Of a stretch of DNA of 64,000 nt, positions 50,703-64,000 are shown one piece after another. This stretch comes from Octopus sinensis. Its lineage: Eukaryota. The first letter of the stretch is position 1, and each line of letters begins with the position of its first letter. Under the pieces are notes generated by a model. The model was not told where the DNA came from and did no database searches. It saw only the letters and a list, made by a program, of their open reading frames with translations. The stretch spans positions 40,114,001 to 40,178,000 of the forward strand of contig NC_043009.1 of the NCBI RefSeq assembly GCF_006345805.1, given 5' to 3'. Both the position numbers and the translations under genes were made by a program.

Positions 50703-50950
50703 CAAATATATGTATACATACATATATGCATGTATTAATGCATATATGTTGTATGTATATATGTATGTGCGTATGTATCTATATATGAATGTGTGTGTAT
50801 GAATGGGTGTATACGTATGCCGGTATGCATGCAATTGTGTGCATGTGTGCATATATGTGTCTATTATTTCATCATGATATGATAAGTTAAAACTTAATTT
50901 TGTGTAACTGGGACTCTTCTTTTCTCTATTGTTATTCATTGGTTAATTAA
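49860..50950 (+). repeat. Diverged ~542-bp tandem duplication with a nested 50-bp triplication
   Basis: TCATCCTCGAA(T/C)CCGACGAAGATCCATTTAATTTT at 49887 and 50429; ATGCTTTGTAAGTATATATGCATGTCCTATCATATATG three times. Confidence 0.8.
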
Positions 50951-51689
50951 CATCAAGTGCATTAGAAGTTTTGTTGTTGTTTTTGTTACCTTTTTTTTGT
51001 ATTTTGTTTCCTTTTTCCTCCCCGCTTTTTGTAAGAGATCTTCTTTCAGATGTAGAGACCTTTTGGCAATATTTTATGAAATTCTGAAAAGTCTGATTCA
51101 TCCTTGGTGCATCTCATCAAGAATCACTAATCTTCCATCCAAATTATTTCTGTAGCTGCTGACGAACGTTAAGAGATATTATCTTGCTTACAAAATGGCG
51201 AACTATGAAAAATAAGTGAAGAAAGAAACAACAAAGGGATAAAAAAATAACATAAATAAAACAAAAATCCAAGATGGCTAATTGTTAAAACCAAAAACGT
51301 TTTTGGGATAAAATTGAATTTTCTGGAAACGGATTAACAGCAATGAATTGAAAAGAATCGACGCGTTAAATGTGATATGACATTTGTGTGATCATCGAAG
51401 TTGTACAGGGTTGACAGTTCTGGTGATTATTGTGTTTATTAATTCTTTAATGAAAGTAGCGACCAGTAAACCAAAGACAGTTTAATTTTCATACTTCTAT
51501 GTTCGGTTCGTTTTTAATATGAAATCCCATTTATATAATGTTCCGTTCGCTATTTTACGACTCTTTCTAAATATATATCTAGAATTTTCTTAACCACAAA
51601 TAATATGTACTCATTCCACTTACCTCTCTCTCTCTCTCTCCTCGCTTTCTTTCTCTTTCTCTGTCTGTCTGTCTGTCTACTCATTCTCT

Positions 51690-51695
51690 CTCTCG

Positions 51696-51738
<43 letters not shown>

Positions 51739-51741
51739 CAT

Positions 51742-51785
<44 letters not shown>

Positions 51786-51816
51786 GTGTGTGTATCTGTA
51801 AATATATATATATCTA

Positions 51817-51894
<78 letters not shown>

Positions 51895-51911
51895 TATATA
51901 TACACATACAT

Positions 51912-51954
<43 letters not shown>

Positions 51955-52167
51955 TATTTATGTGTGTGTATGCCTATTTCTTTTCTTATTCTTTCGTTAT
52001 TCATCCTTGTCACTCAGTCTTTATATACTTTCATTTAGACAAGCAATTATAGGCACGTTTATATACATACATAAAATCATACATATAATATATACATATA
52101 CACATATATAACTATCAATAAATTTTAAAATAATTATACACACCTACATAAATGTATATATTTATAG

Positions 52168-52231
<64 letters not shown>

Positions 52232-52264
52232 TATATATATAGACATATATATATATATATAGAC

Positions 52265-52320
<56 letters not shown>

Positions 52321-52819
52321 GTATGTATACATAAGCACACACAAGCATATATTTATATATATATATATGCGTATATACACTTACATATTGCTATACATAC
52401 TCTGATACACCCGCAAACTTTCAAATGTATACATTATTGGTACACGTGTGTGTGTCAGAGTTTGTGAGTGCGTATGTATAGCTTGTATGTATGTGTGTGT
52501 GAGTGCCTGTGTGCGCGCGCATGTGTGAGTTTCTGCGTGTGCGTACGTGTGTGCCTGTGTCTGTGTGCACTAGCGGGCGTTCTTCATTTGAAGTAAATAT
52601 AATCATTTCAGAAAGCTAACATTTAATAAAACATAATTGAACTGTCGGAGAGAAATGGCATTTTTACATTAAAGAATAACTCTCCCCCTATTTATGTATA
52701 TGTTCATACATACATACATACATACATATGTGTGTGTATGTATGTGTGTATATATATATATATATATTATATGCACATATTTATGTGTGTGTGTATGGAT
52801 GTATGTATGTATGTATATA

Positions 52820-52858
<39 letters not shown>

Positions 52859-52940
52859 TATAATATATATATATATGTACTTATGTATAGGTACACAGAA
52901 AGATAGATTGATATAGATATATATGTATGTATATAGCGAC

Positions 52941-52980
<40 letters not shown>

Positions 52981-53042
52981 TATTATATATATATATACAC
53001 ATATACATACATCCACAGATTTATATATGTGTGTGTGTGTGT

Positions 53043-53088
<46 letters not shown>

Positions 53089-53098
53089 TGTGTGTGTA

Positions 53099-53129
<31 letters not shown>

Positions 53130-53150
53130 TGTGTGTGTGCACGAACATTG
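51690..53150. repeat. Extended (AT)/(AC)/(GT) microsatellite field
   Basis: Directly visible; all ORFs here are artefacts. Confidence 0.9.
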
Positions 53151-54475
53151 AAATGAAATATAAATATTAAAAAAAATTTATTTCTATTTATTTCCACTCA
53201 ATTAAAAGTAAACTCTATATCAATTACGAATTATTTTTATAGCCTTTCGTCGACTGTTGTCTTCATGTTTTTTTTTATTTTTCGTATGATATACATACAT
53301 ACACATACACATACATACATACATATATATAATTTCACTATTATATTTCATTAGAACTTATATCATTATAGGCGAAATATCCTCTTGTGATTACACACAT
53401 TATGTTGTCCGTCCATAAGAAAATTTCTTTACTTAAAACCTACATCAAGAATGAATCATTATATGTGTACATGAAAAGTTTGAACAACTATGTAATTAAG
53501 AATACCATGTTAAAATGGTTTTGTTATATATTCATATTATTCTATATACATTTATCTATTTTATTTTAACCCTCCTTCACATTAAGTCAGTTTTATAAAT
53601 GCGTTATTAAAACTAGCTTTCGATCTTATAAAGAATTCTGCTGACGGTTTTAAAATTAACACATTTTTGTATACAACAGCATTACTTATATGCGGCATTT
53701 ATCTTCATCGTACCACTCTAAATTATTAGCTTTGTGGGTAAATATGTCGGACACATTTTGTACCGGACTAAAAATGCATTATAGTATTGCGATCGCAAAT
53801 TTCTACTTTATGGATTCACATCTTTCCAAGTTCTTATTTACGTTTAATTCTCTCAAGATAGATTAAAAAGGTGTTGGTAAATATATTAGAGCCGACATCA
53901 CCTATTATTCTGTTTGTATTAAAAAGGACGGCCATTGAACGTGTAATAAATCAATGTATATTAGCATCTAAAACATATTGGTAAGATACAATTGTCCGAA
54001 TGTTAGAGAAATTGTTTTACGAATTCCACTTACTAAGTTAAATTTCCTGGGGAAAAGCATTAACGATACAACATTCTATTGCTGTTCTCCTATAAATTTT
54101 ACACCAACATCTTTCGTTTTCCTCGTAGGATAATTATTTTAAATCTCTTATAAGCTTGAGAAATGAATGTCAGGACTTGCTAACGGCTTTAAAATATTTA
54201 AGTGTCTTAACTTCTACATATCAAACAAATATACTTAGTATCATAAGCGTAGATTATATTCAAAGTAACTCTAAATCTTGGGTGAAGATTTTCTACTCAG
54301 AATGCATAAAATATTATTCTTTTTGATATTATTCCCGTTCATATTATACGGGGTCTCGGGCGTCTGTATCTGCTGTTGTATGTATACCTGGACAAGATGT
54401 TGTTCAGAAGGAGGACAGGCATGCGTGTCTCGCCTCTCTGAAATTGCTGTCAGATTGCAAAGGAAAGGAAAAGGA

Positions 54476-54797
54476 GCACTCCGTCGGTTACGACGACGAG
54501 GGTCCCAGCTGATACGATCAACGGAACAGCCTACTCATGAAATTAACGTGCAAGTGACTAAGCAATCCACAGACACGCGTACCCCTAACGTAGTTCTCAG
54601 GGAGATTCAGTGTGACACAGAGTGTGACAAGGCCAGCCCTTTGAAATACAGGTACAACTCATTTTTGCCAGCTGAGTGGACTGGAGCAAGGTGAAATAAA
54701 GTGTCTTGCTCAAGGACACAACACGTCGCCGGGAATCGAACTGACGACCTTACAATCGTGAGTCGTATGCCCTAACCACTAAGCCACGCGCCTTCAC
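54476..54797 (-). mobile_element. SINE family C, best-preserved copy, with a probable TSD
   Basis: tRNA-like head GTGAAGGCGCGTGGCTTAGTGGTTAGGGC...AGTTCGATTCCCGG; CAGATTGCAAA(A)GGA repeated at about 54451 and 54799. Confidence 0.9.
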
Positions 54798-56309
54798 TCA
54801 GATTGCAAAAGGACAGTAACAAAGACAGCAAGGCATGTTTTTCTACCCCTCTTAAAGTTCCGCCAATACATCACTCTGCGTTGGTAGTTTGTTTAATTAA
54901 CCCCCAAGAGATGAAAGGGTAAGGTGACCTTGGCGGGATATGAACTGATGATGTAGAGCTTCAAAACAAATACGCAAGGTATCTTGACCGTCTGTCTAAA
55001 ATTCGAAGAATACAACATTCAATATTGGTACTTTGTTTCATTAATTCCGTAAGGGGGAATAGTAAAGTTGGCCTCCAAAAGAATTGAACTCAAAGACTAA
55101 ACGATTAACACAAGGCACCTCTCCCGACCTTCTTATAGTTTCAGTACACTGTTTTGTGTTGGTGTTTTGTTTTACGATCTTAAAAAGGATAAAATGTGAA
55201 GTAGGATTGAATATAATTCGAACTCAGAACGTATAGGATTACGAAGTACCACAAAGCTTCCTGTCCAACGTTTCTAACGACTCTGCCAACTCACCTCCTT
55301 CGTCAATGCTGGAAGTTATTAAAATGCACATCATCAATATTTTGTTTTTTAACTGTTTTCTCATAGGAGGAAGCGAAGCATCCATTATTCTTTCTTCTTT
55401 CTCTGAGACTAACTGGAAGAAGGGAAGAATATATACTTAAATCGGATTTATAATCTAAAATCTTACAAAAGAATAGACTTCGCGAAAAGTATCCAAAGGT
55501 GAAGTTCTGATGTTAAAACAGGCAACGGATTAAGTATACCACCCACGATAGCTTACCCGAGTAACGCCCACGCAATTTCAATCTCTATTTGTACTTCAAC
55601 AACAAGGTATTTTTTGTATCTATGTACAAATATGTGGAGATTTGTATGTCTTGTTTTATGTATGTATTCTAATGCATATAGTTGCATCTCTGGACATGCT
55701 CGTGTATACTTAAATGAAGCTTTACTGTTCTAGTAATGGATTGGATCTATGGTCTTCTAATAAAGAAATATCTATGGTCTTCTAATCAGCTTTCTTCTTT
55801 CTGGTTTTGAGAAGCCTGATTTCTCAAGATTGGTATTTGGGCAGTGTGTTACATATCTCAGTACCCAAATAATTACAGGTATAAACCTGAACTTGAAATC
55901 TGCGTAGGGTAGCTGTAGATTCCCCAATAGTTCGGTATCGATATTTTCTTTTTCGCTGATCTTTAACTTTACGTTAACACGCACTGGTCAGCTGATGCCC
56001 ACAACAGTACACAGTTTCTTTTCTCTATTGCAAATTATGTATGTATGTATGTATGTATGTATGTATGTATGTATGTATGTATGTATGTGTGTGTGTATGT
56101 GTGTATGTATGTATGTATGTATGTATGTATGTATGTATGTATGTATGTATGTGTGTATGTAAGCAAATTCAAAATAAAATGCAAGCAAAACAACAGCAGT
56201 CAAGAGACGTACACTGATTGTAATAAACTGACGCTCAAGAGACGGAAAAGTGGGTTGTGAGTTTTAACGTTCAGAGCATGACTCTTCGGCAGAGAGAGAA
56301 AAGAGTGAA

Positions 56310-56560
56310 AAGTGTCTTCTACTATAGACTCGGGCCGACCAAAGCCTTGTGAGTGGATTCGGTAGACGAAAACTGAAAGAAACCTGTCGTATATATATAT
56401 ATCACGTGACCGATCAGACCATCAGATGTTGTTACACATCACTGGTCACAATGCGTTCGCATTGTTTTAGCCTTCGAATGACGCCACCCCGCTGGCTAAG
56501 CGAGCAGGCCATATATATTTATGTATATATATTTATGTGTGTGTGTGTGTGTGTATGTGG

Positions 56561-56592
<32 letters not shown>

Positions 56593-56826
56593 ATATGTAT
56601 GTGTGTGTATATGTTTGTGTCTGTGTTTGTCTCCCCAACATCGCTTGACAACCGATGCTGGTGAGTTTACGTCCCCGTAACTTAGCGGTTCAGCAAAAGT
56701 GACAGATAGAATATGTACTAGGCTTACAAAGAATAAGTCCTCGGGTCGATTTGCCCGTCTAAAGACGGTGCTCCAGCATGGCTACGGTCAAATGACTGAA
56801 ACAAGTGAAAGAGTAAAGAGTAAAGA
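56310..56826 (+). mobile_element. 5'-truncated family-B SINE with a family-D tail nested in its (AT)n
   Basis: Insert 56400-56510 matches 19870-19980. Confidence 0.8.
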
Positions 56827-56929
56827 GGGAGAAGGAAAAGTATAGTCCGAAAAAACGCACTTGTCACATGGTGGAAAATCAAAAGAAATGTACATGTAGA
56901 TTATATGTTTTATAATCTTTTAATCTTTT

Positions 56930-57990
<1,061 letters not shown>

Positions 57991-59060
57991 TTCCCCACCC
58001 CCACACACACACGCACACATATATGTATGTATGTATTTGTAACCAACGTCCTAGTTTTCAACTAGAACACGCCAAGTGTTCTGAGTTTGAAGATTTCTTG
58101 GAGACACAAGGCACGTTATATAATGTCTAATATCAGTGTCACTATGGAGAATAACTATTAATATCTCTAATTTCAAATACTGTGTATATTATTAATATTT
58201 GACTGTCACTCTATGGAGTACGTTTCTTATTACTCCTACCTTAACGGAAGAGTGAGCCGTGTGTGTGTGTGTGTGCGTGTGTGTATTTATGTAAGCATTT
58301 CATGTGTGCTTTTATGTTTGTGAGGTGGTTTTAGCAATTGTTCTTTCAGTGAACGGTACTGACCAGAGGACATACGGTAGTTCGAAGTAATATTCTAAGA
58401 AGTCACTAATCTTAGGAATTATCAAAGATGGAGCTCTTTGGAAACCCTAAGTTCCTCACAACTACCCTGCTAATCTAATAATAAATGTAAAGATACATTT
58501 CAGAAAATTAATTTACTTTTGTCATCATGATAAATGAGAAGAGATTGGCCATGCCGTTTCTCTTCCGTTTTTTTTTTTTCTTTTTTCAATCCCTTTCTTT
58601 CTCATTATTATTCGTATCTTTTTCTTTCTCTTTAGGTAGTGGTCCGTTTTTAGATATATCCGCGCAATTGGTTCTCTAGAAGACAATCTTAATTAATTTT
58701 ACAAATGCCAAATACTTGATATGATGCCAAAGCGAATGGCACCTGCAGATAGGTTAACCGTTTCCTGCTTCATATCTGGTGTGTGTTGCCCAGCCAAAGA
58801 AAAAAGACAAAAGCAGTAAAAAAATAAATAACAAGTAGGGGATGAAATTAGAAGAAAGGAAAGGGGACAGTTTTTTCTGGGTTTTTTTTTTTTTGGTGAA
58901 TGTTTGTCAGAAACACTCTGTTGTTGGGAAAAGCGGCCATTTATCTTTGGAGATAAAAAACAAAACAAAAAAGGGTATCAGGTTTACACAACTGCTGTTC
59001 TATGTCATGTTGTAGCATGACATCAAACTGATATCGAATGTACTGAGAATATGTAAAGGC

Positions 59061-59092
<32 letters not shown>

Positions 59093-59496
59093 CACACACA
59101 TACATAGAGACATACATGCATACATACTTGTTGAAGGTATCTGTTTTCTAATGTCGATATTCAATTACGATTATATTTTATGGAATGGTTAAACAAGTAA
59201 ATGGACTGTTTCTAGACACAATTACATTCAGGTTTTACGTATATGTGTGTTATTATTCATTAGACAGCTTCGCCCATGCGGACTACCTTCCACAGAAATA
59301 AGTATCTTACATTTCAGCTTCTTTCAGTTATTGGACTGCGGCCATGTAGACTTACTCGAACAAATCGACCCAGAACTTGTATAAAGTCAGGCATATAGTC
59401 TATCGGTTCCTTCACGAAAAGGAAAGTTCTGGATACGGAGACAAACACCACTTGTCAAGTAGTGGAGCGACAAATACAGGCACACACACATTCTCT

Positions 59497-59539
<43 letters not shown>

Positions 59540-59589
59540 ATATATATCCGTGTGTATGTGTGCGTGTACCTGTTGATCACTATGTTATA

Positions 59590-59974
59590 TCTCTCTCTAT
59601 ATAAACGGCAGTTTGTCTGTGCGTGTTTCTGTGTGTCTGTTTGCTTGTACCCTCACCCTGACCACGGCTTTCAACCGATTCTGATGAAACTTGACACACA
59701 CATAGCCCAATGTCATAATTCAAAACTAACGCAGCGAAAATTTTGAAAAGTTCCCCCAGTTCTGAAAAAAATCGATAAATTCGACATGGGGTCGAGAATC
59801 AGAAACACGAACCACAAACTGTCTAGGGGACGCACTCACACCTTTTTTAGATCTCAAAAAAAAATTTACCATCATTTTTTTCCATTTTTTTGCTATTTTT
59901 TGGCTATAACTCTCTAAAAATGCTTTATAGTTATTTCCCTTACAAACCCGAGCAACGCCGGGCGATACTGCTAG
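59590..59974 (+). mobile_element. Non-autonomous Helitron
   Basis: 5' TC after A, subterminal hairpin CCCGAGC-AAC-GCCGGG at 59947-59962, 3' CTAG followed by T (A|T target, no TSD). Confidence 0.85.
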
Positions 59975-60152
59975 TATATATATATTATATATATATATAT
60001 ATATAATATATATACGGAGATGTACTCGCATAGCAAGTGATTTGATCTGAGATCGTGTGCTGGAACGAAAACAATTGCAGCGTGGAAGGCGTTTGTAAGC
60101 CATTTAAGAAACACACAAAAGCCGTTCGATTCACTTCAACATTTAAGTTTAA

Positions 60153-60202
60153 TTTGTCAAAATATTTTCGTCGCTAAAATCCGCGACCTCTTCACTGACA
60201 AA
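60153..60202 (-). ncRNA. Hammerhead variant with G at position 3
   Basis: TTTGTCA-GTGAAGA-G-GTCGC(GGATTTTA)GCGAC-GAA-AATATT-T-TGACAAA; perfect 7-bp stem I and 5-bp stem II; the host fragment 60015-60215 ends at (AT)n. Confidence 0.6.
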
Positions 60203-60317
60203 AATCCGCGCTGCAGCACCTGTTTTACGTACCGGAACCATGTGGTTGGTAAGCAAGCTACTTCTCACACAGCCACTCCTGCGACTAAATATATATATAT
60301 ATTCTTTTATTCTGTTA

Positions 60318-60885
60318 TTCTTTTGTTTCAGTCATTTGAGTGCGGCCATGCTGGAGTACTGTCTTTAGTCGGACAAATCGTGCCCACCACTTATTCTTTG
60401 TATGTCTAGTACTTATTTCTATCAGTTCTTGTGCCAAACCGCTAAGTTACGGGTACGTAAACACACCAACATCGGATTTCAGGTGATGGTGGGGGGACAA
60501 ACACACACACACATATATACACATATATAAAACAAAAGACAGAAACTTAGAGACAACAAGCATGTGTATTAATTTGACATTCGGGAAAAGTGTTTGACGT
60601 TTCGAGCTTACGCTCTTTGACAGGAATGAGAGGGGGGGAAATGGAATGAGAGTGAGAGAAAAAAAGAGAGAGTGAGACAGAAAACAAAGGTGTCTTGATT
60701 AACGGTTTCACTCGTACGTCAGGTTTTCACTCGGTTTCCATTTACGAAATTCACAAACAAACTATAAGTCGGCCCAGAGTTAGAGTTGAAGACACTTGTC
60801 TCAGGAGCTGGAAAGTGAAATTAAACTCGAAACCAGGCGGGTGCAAATCGATTTTCTTAATCACAGAGCCATGCCTGCACCTCAT
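60318..60885 (-). mobile_element. Family-B SINE split by a PLE-like fragment
   Basis: 3' half 60318-60510, insert about 60528-60700, decayed 5' half 60715-60885. Confidence 0.7.
60593..60626 (-). ncRNA. Hammerhead-like motif with a non-canonical core and GNRA-capped stem II
   Basis: TTC-CTGTCAAA-GAGC(GTAA)GCTC-GAA-ACGT-C-AAA; stems II and III are clean, core and stem I deviate. Confidence 0.45.
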
Positions 60886-61331
60886 CGATGACGTTCGAAC
60901 ATGCAATCTTTAAATAAACATATCGTCTTTTAGATATAAAAAATGATACAGAAAACTTATGAATAGGATAGCATTTATATATGTTACACAAAAGTTATAT
61001 GTAAGACTGGCTAGCAATTTATTAAAACTCACACATTGAATAAATAAAATATAATTCTTGCAAGTAATCAGAGCTAATTAGAGATAATTAAAGCTAATTA
61101 AAGATGCTATATAAGCATGCATTTATTGAAGTATAAAACGAACGGTGTTACAGCATATTGAAATAAATGTCAGAAGTTCCATGCTTCTAACACATACAGT
61201 GTTGCACAATATCAGGGTTAAGATTTCACCATTAAAAAAGCCTTAAGCAAACACGAGTCTTCTTGCGCTTGATATTTTCAGATTATTGAAGTGAAAGTGC
61301 CTTCGCTTTCCCACTTTTTATTTCCCTCAAC

Positions 61332-61392
<61 letters not shown>

Positions 61393-61608
61393 TGTGTGTG
61401 TGTGTGTGAGTGTGTGTGTGTGTGTGTACACACACACGCACGCGTATATATGCATGTAGATACAAACATATATATTATATACACATTTAATATATATATA
61501 CATATAATATATATATTATATATATAAATGTATGTACATGTGCATATATGTGCATGCGTGTTTTGTACACACACGCATGTATATATGTATGTGTGGTAAA
61601 GAGCATAT

Positions 61609-61682
<74 letters not shown>

Positions 61683-62467
61683 ATACTTATATGCATCTGC
61701 GTCTATATGTTTGCACAGCATTGTTATTCTTAGTGGTATATTTTTTGTATGCGTCTGAGTGTGCGTGCACGTGTACATATATGTTTATGTGTGTGTGTAT
61801 GTGCGTGTGTGCATACATGGGAGTATGTGTGTGCATAATTCGAAGGGCATCCTTTTGTGACCTTTCCGTTTATCTCCAAACCCGGATTTAACGATTTTAG
61901 ACAAACTACATTTCTTCTCAGTTGCAACAATCTCTATATTTCTTATATGTCTGCTGTGGTGGATATGTGCGTAGGCCGACACGTTTGTGGGCGTAAACGT
62001 GTGTGCGTATATGTGGGGTGTTTGAATGTGTGTGTGTGTGTGTGTGTAAGTCCGTGTTCCGTGTGGCTGTGTGTTTATCTTTATGGATATGGATATGTGT
62101 ATCTGTATGTTCTCTGCATCATTTTGGCTTCTTTGGAGTGTGTTCGTGTGAAGCTGTTTGCAAGAGATAATATATGTGTTTTGAGCGTATGTGCGTGTGT
62201 ATATGTGCGTGCGTGTGTGTGTGTGTGTGTGTGAGCGTATGTGAGCGTTTGTTTTTATGTGTTATATGTTATATGTTCTTGTGTAAGTTCGATATCATTT
62301 CAGTGTTCGTGTGTGTTCATGTGTTGGTGAGTCCGTGTTTTCCTGTGTCTAAGAGATAAAGACATTGCTATCGTTACCGTCAAATGTCCTATTTCCAGAG
62401 ACATGAGAATGTTGGTAATTGATGCTATTTCCACACCAATGTTTGAAATAATAAGTAAAATATACTG

Positions 62468-62507
<40 letters not shown>

Positions 62508-62657
62508 ACACACACACACACATACACACACACACAACATGTCTCCTCCCAACAATTCACAGTCTATGTCGGTAAGAAGGACATAACATTGTCTGTTTGG
62601 CTATTTCAAGCAAGCAAGTAATGATGCTGCGTATCATGGTACCTTGGTACCATGCAT

Positions 62658-62739
62658 GGCAAGTGTTTTCTACTATAGCCTCGGGCCGACCAAAGCCTTG
62701 TGAGTGGATCTGGTAAACGGAAACTGAAAGAAGCCCGTC

Positions 62740-62779
<40 letters not shown>

Positions 62780-63010
62780 CTGTGTGTGTGTGTGTGTGTG
62801 TGTGTTTGTGTGTCTGTGCTTGTCACCCCAACATCGCTTGACAACCGATGCTGGTTGTGTTTAAGTACTCGTAACCTAGCAGTTCGGCAAAAGAGACCGA
62901 TTGGAATAAGTACTAGGCTTGCAAAGAATAAGTCCTGGGGTCGATTTGCTCGACTAAAGGAGGTGCTCCAGCATGGCTGCAGTTAAATGACTGACGCAAG
63001 TAAAAGGGTA
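62658..63010 (+). mobile_element. 5'-truncated family-B SINE
   Basis: CTACTATAGCCTCGGGCCGACCAAAGCC through the GGTGCTCCAGCATGGC tail. Confidence 0.85.
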
Positions 63011-64000
63011 AAGAGAGATACACACACACACTCACACACAATCCCAGAACACACAAACACACCACTAAGAATAACAATGCATGCAAATATAAAGACGCAG
63101 ACGTATATATATTTATATATATATACGCTCTAACGCAACATACTCACGCGCGCGCACACACAGGGTCCCCACACACATACACACACATACACCCACATAT
63201 TCGGGAGATTCCTGCCTGCTTTCCATCTAGCAAATTCCACTCACAGGGTATTTTGAACCTAGCACTATAACAAGGAGCTCTCATCCAATGAATAAATAGA
63301 ACGGGGCGAGTGAAACGAGAAAAGCAAACTGATAAGTGGAACATAAATGGAACTAACTAGCCTCTTATATTTACTGATCTATTTAACGCGATTAGCTTTA
63401 CAAACAATCAAGACCTTGTTTATCTTTCTATTTTCAAGTTATTCAACTGTGGAGTTCAACCGGGTGACGTTTTGACTCTACCACTCATCGACAAGTAAGC
63501 TTCCACACAGTTTCTCATTTTCCCAAATTTCCTTCTTAAGTTTTGAGATGATCCGAATTTATGGTGGAAGACATTCGATACACCGTACAACGGAATCGAA
63601 TCTAGCATCACATATTTTAGAAACGAAAATTTTAACTGCACAGATATGTCTGCTGCGCACGGCCATATTTTGTTATATAAAGAAACACTATAATGATATT
63701 TTACTGACATTACAACACTGTGATATTTCACTATTGTTAGGCACTGGACCCGTGGCCATGCTGGAGCATTTAGGTAACAATGTCAAAGTATATCGCTTCT
63801 GTTTGCCAAGAAGGTAATCTAGCAGAATTCTTATCGCATCAGGATAAAAGTGCTTAACTTCATTAAGTTCTGTCTTCAAATTCTGCTGCGGCCGCCTTTG
63901 CTTTTCGTCCTACAGAAATCGATAAACTAGAAGCAATTCAGCATTTGAGTCAATGTAATCAACTAACTTGCTCCCTTAAAATTGCTGGCCTTGTGCTAAA

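Noticed and set aside
54278-54694. 138-aa ORF with normal-looking composition
   Set aside because: Its second half is the antisense of a family-C SINE, so it is a chance open frame.
54720-54797. tRNA-like sequences here and at 7840-7911 and 20080-20153
   Set aside because: The A and B boxes continue into SINE bodies and lack a paired acceptor stem; they are SINE heads, not tRNA genes.
59671-59680. CTGATGAAAC inside the Helitron
   Set aside because: There is no stem II, and it is part of the common CCGATT.TGATGAAA.TT motif of non-autonomous Helitrons.

Overview
This is a gene-poor, AT-rich animal genomic window saturated with microsatellites and retroposons. The SINE families and (AT)n/(TATG)n density point to a coleoid cephalopod, most likely Octopus (inference). 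I found no host protein-coding gene: almost every ORF in the track is a microsatellite or SINE artefact. Recognisable elements are four tRNA-derived SINE families (labelled A-D here; about 40 copies or fragments), a decayed Tc1 transposase copy, two RTE-LINE 3' fragments, a hAT MITE with an exact 8-bp TSD, a Tigger-like MITE and a non-autonomous Helitron. The main unexplained signal is about 19 hammerhead-ribozyme (HHR) motifs or half-motifs from at least 8 unrelated sequence families. Most have a short palindromic stem III, the minimal type-I form known from Penelope-like elements (PLEs). Many sit in fold-back elements (110-610 bp) whose two arms carry outward-facing ribozymes, with 5' ends joined at a central spacer and 3' ends often abutting (AT)n microsatellites. 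Several are inserted in the internal (AT)n tract of one CORE-type SINE family. Five motifs keep a canonical core (15093, 24565, 27157, 43884, 44071). Others carry core variants, including an apparent compensatory U3-A8 swap at 38185. All folds were assigned by eye and need computational and biochemical confirmation.
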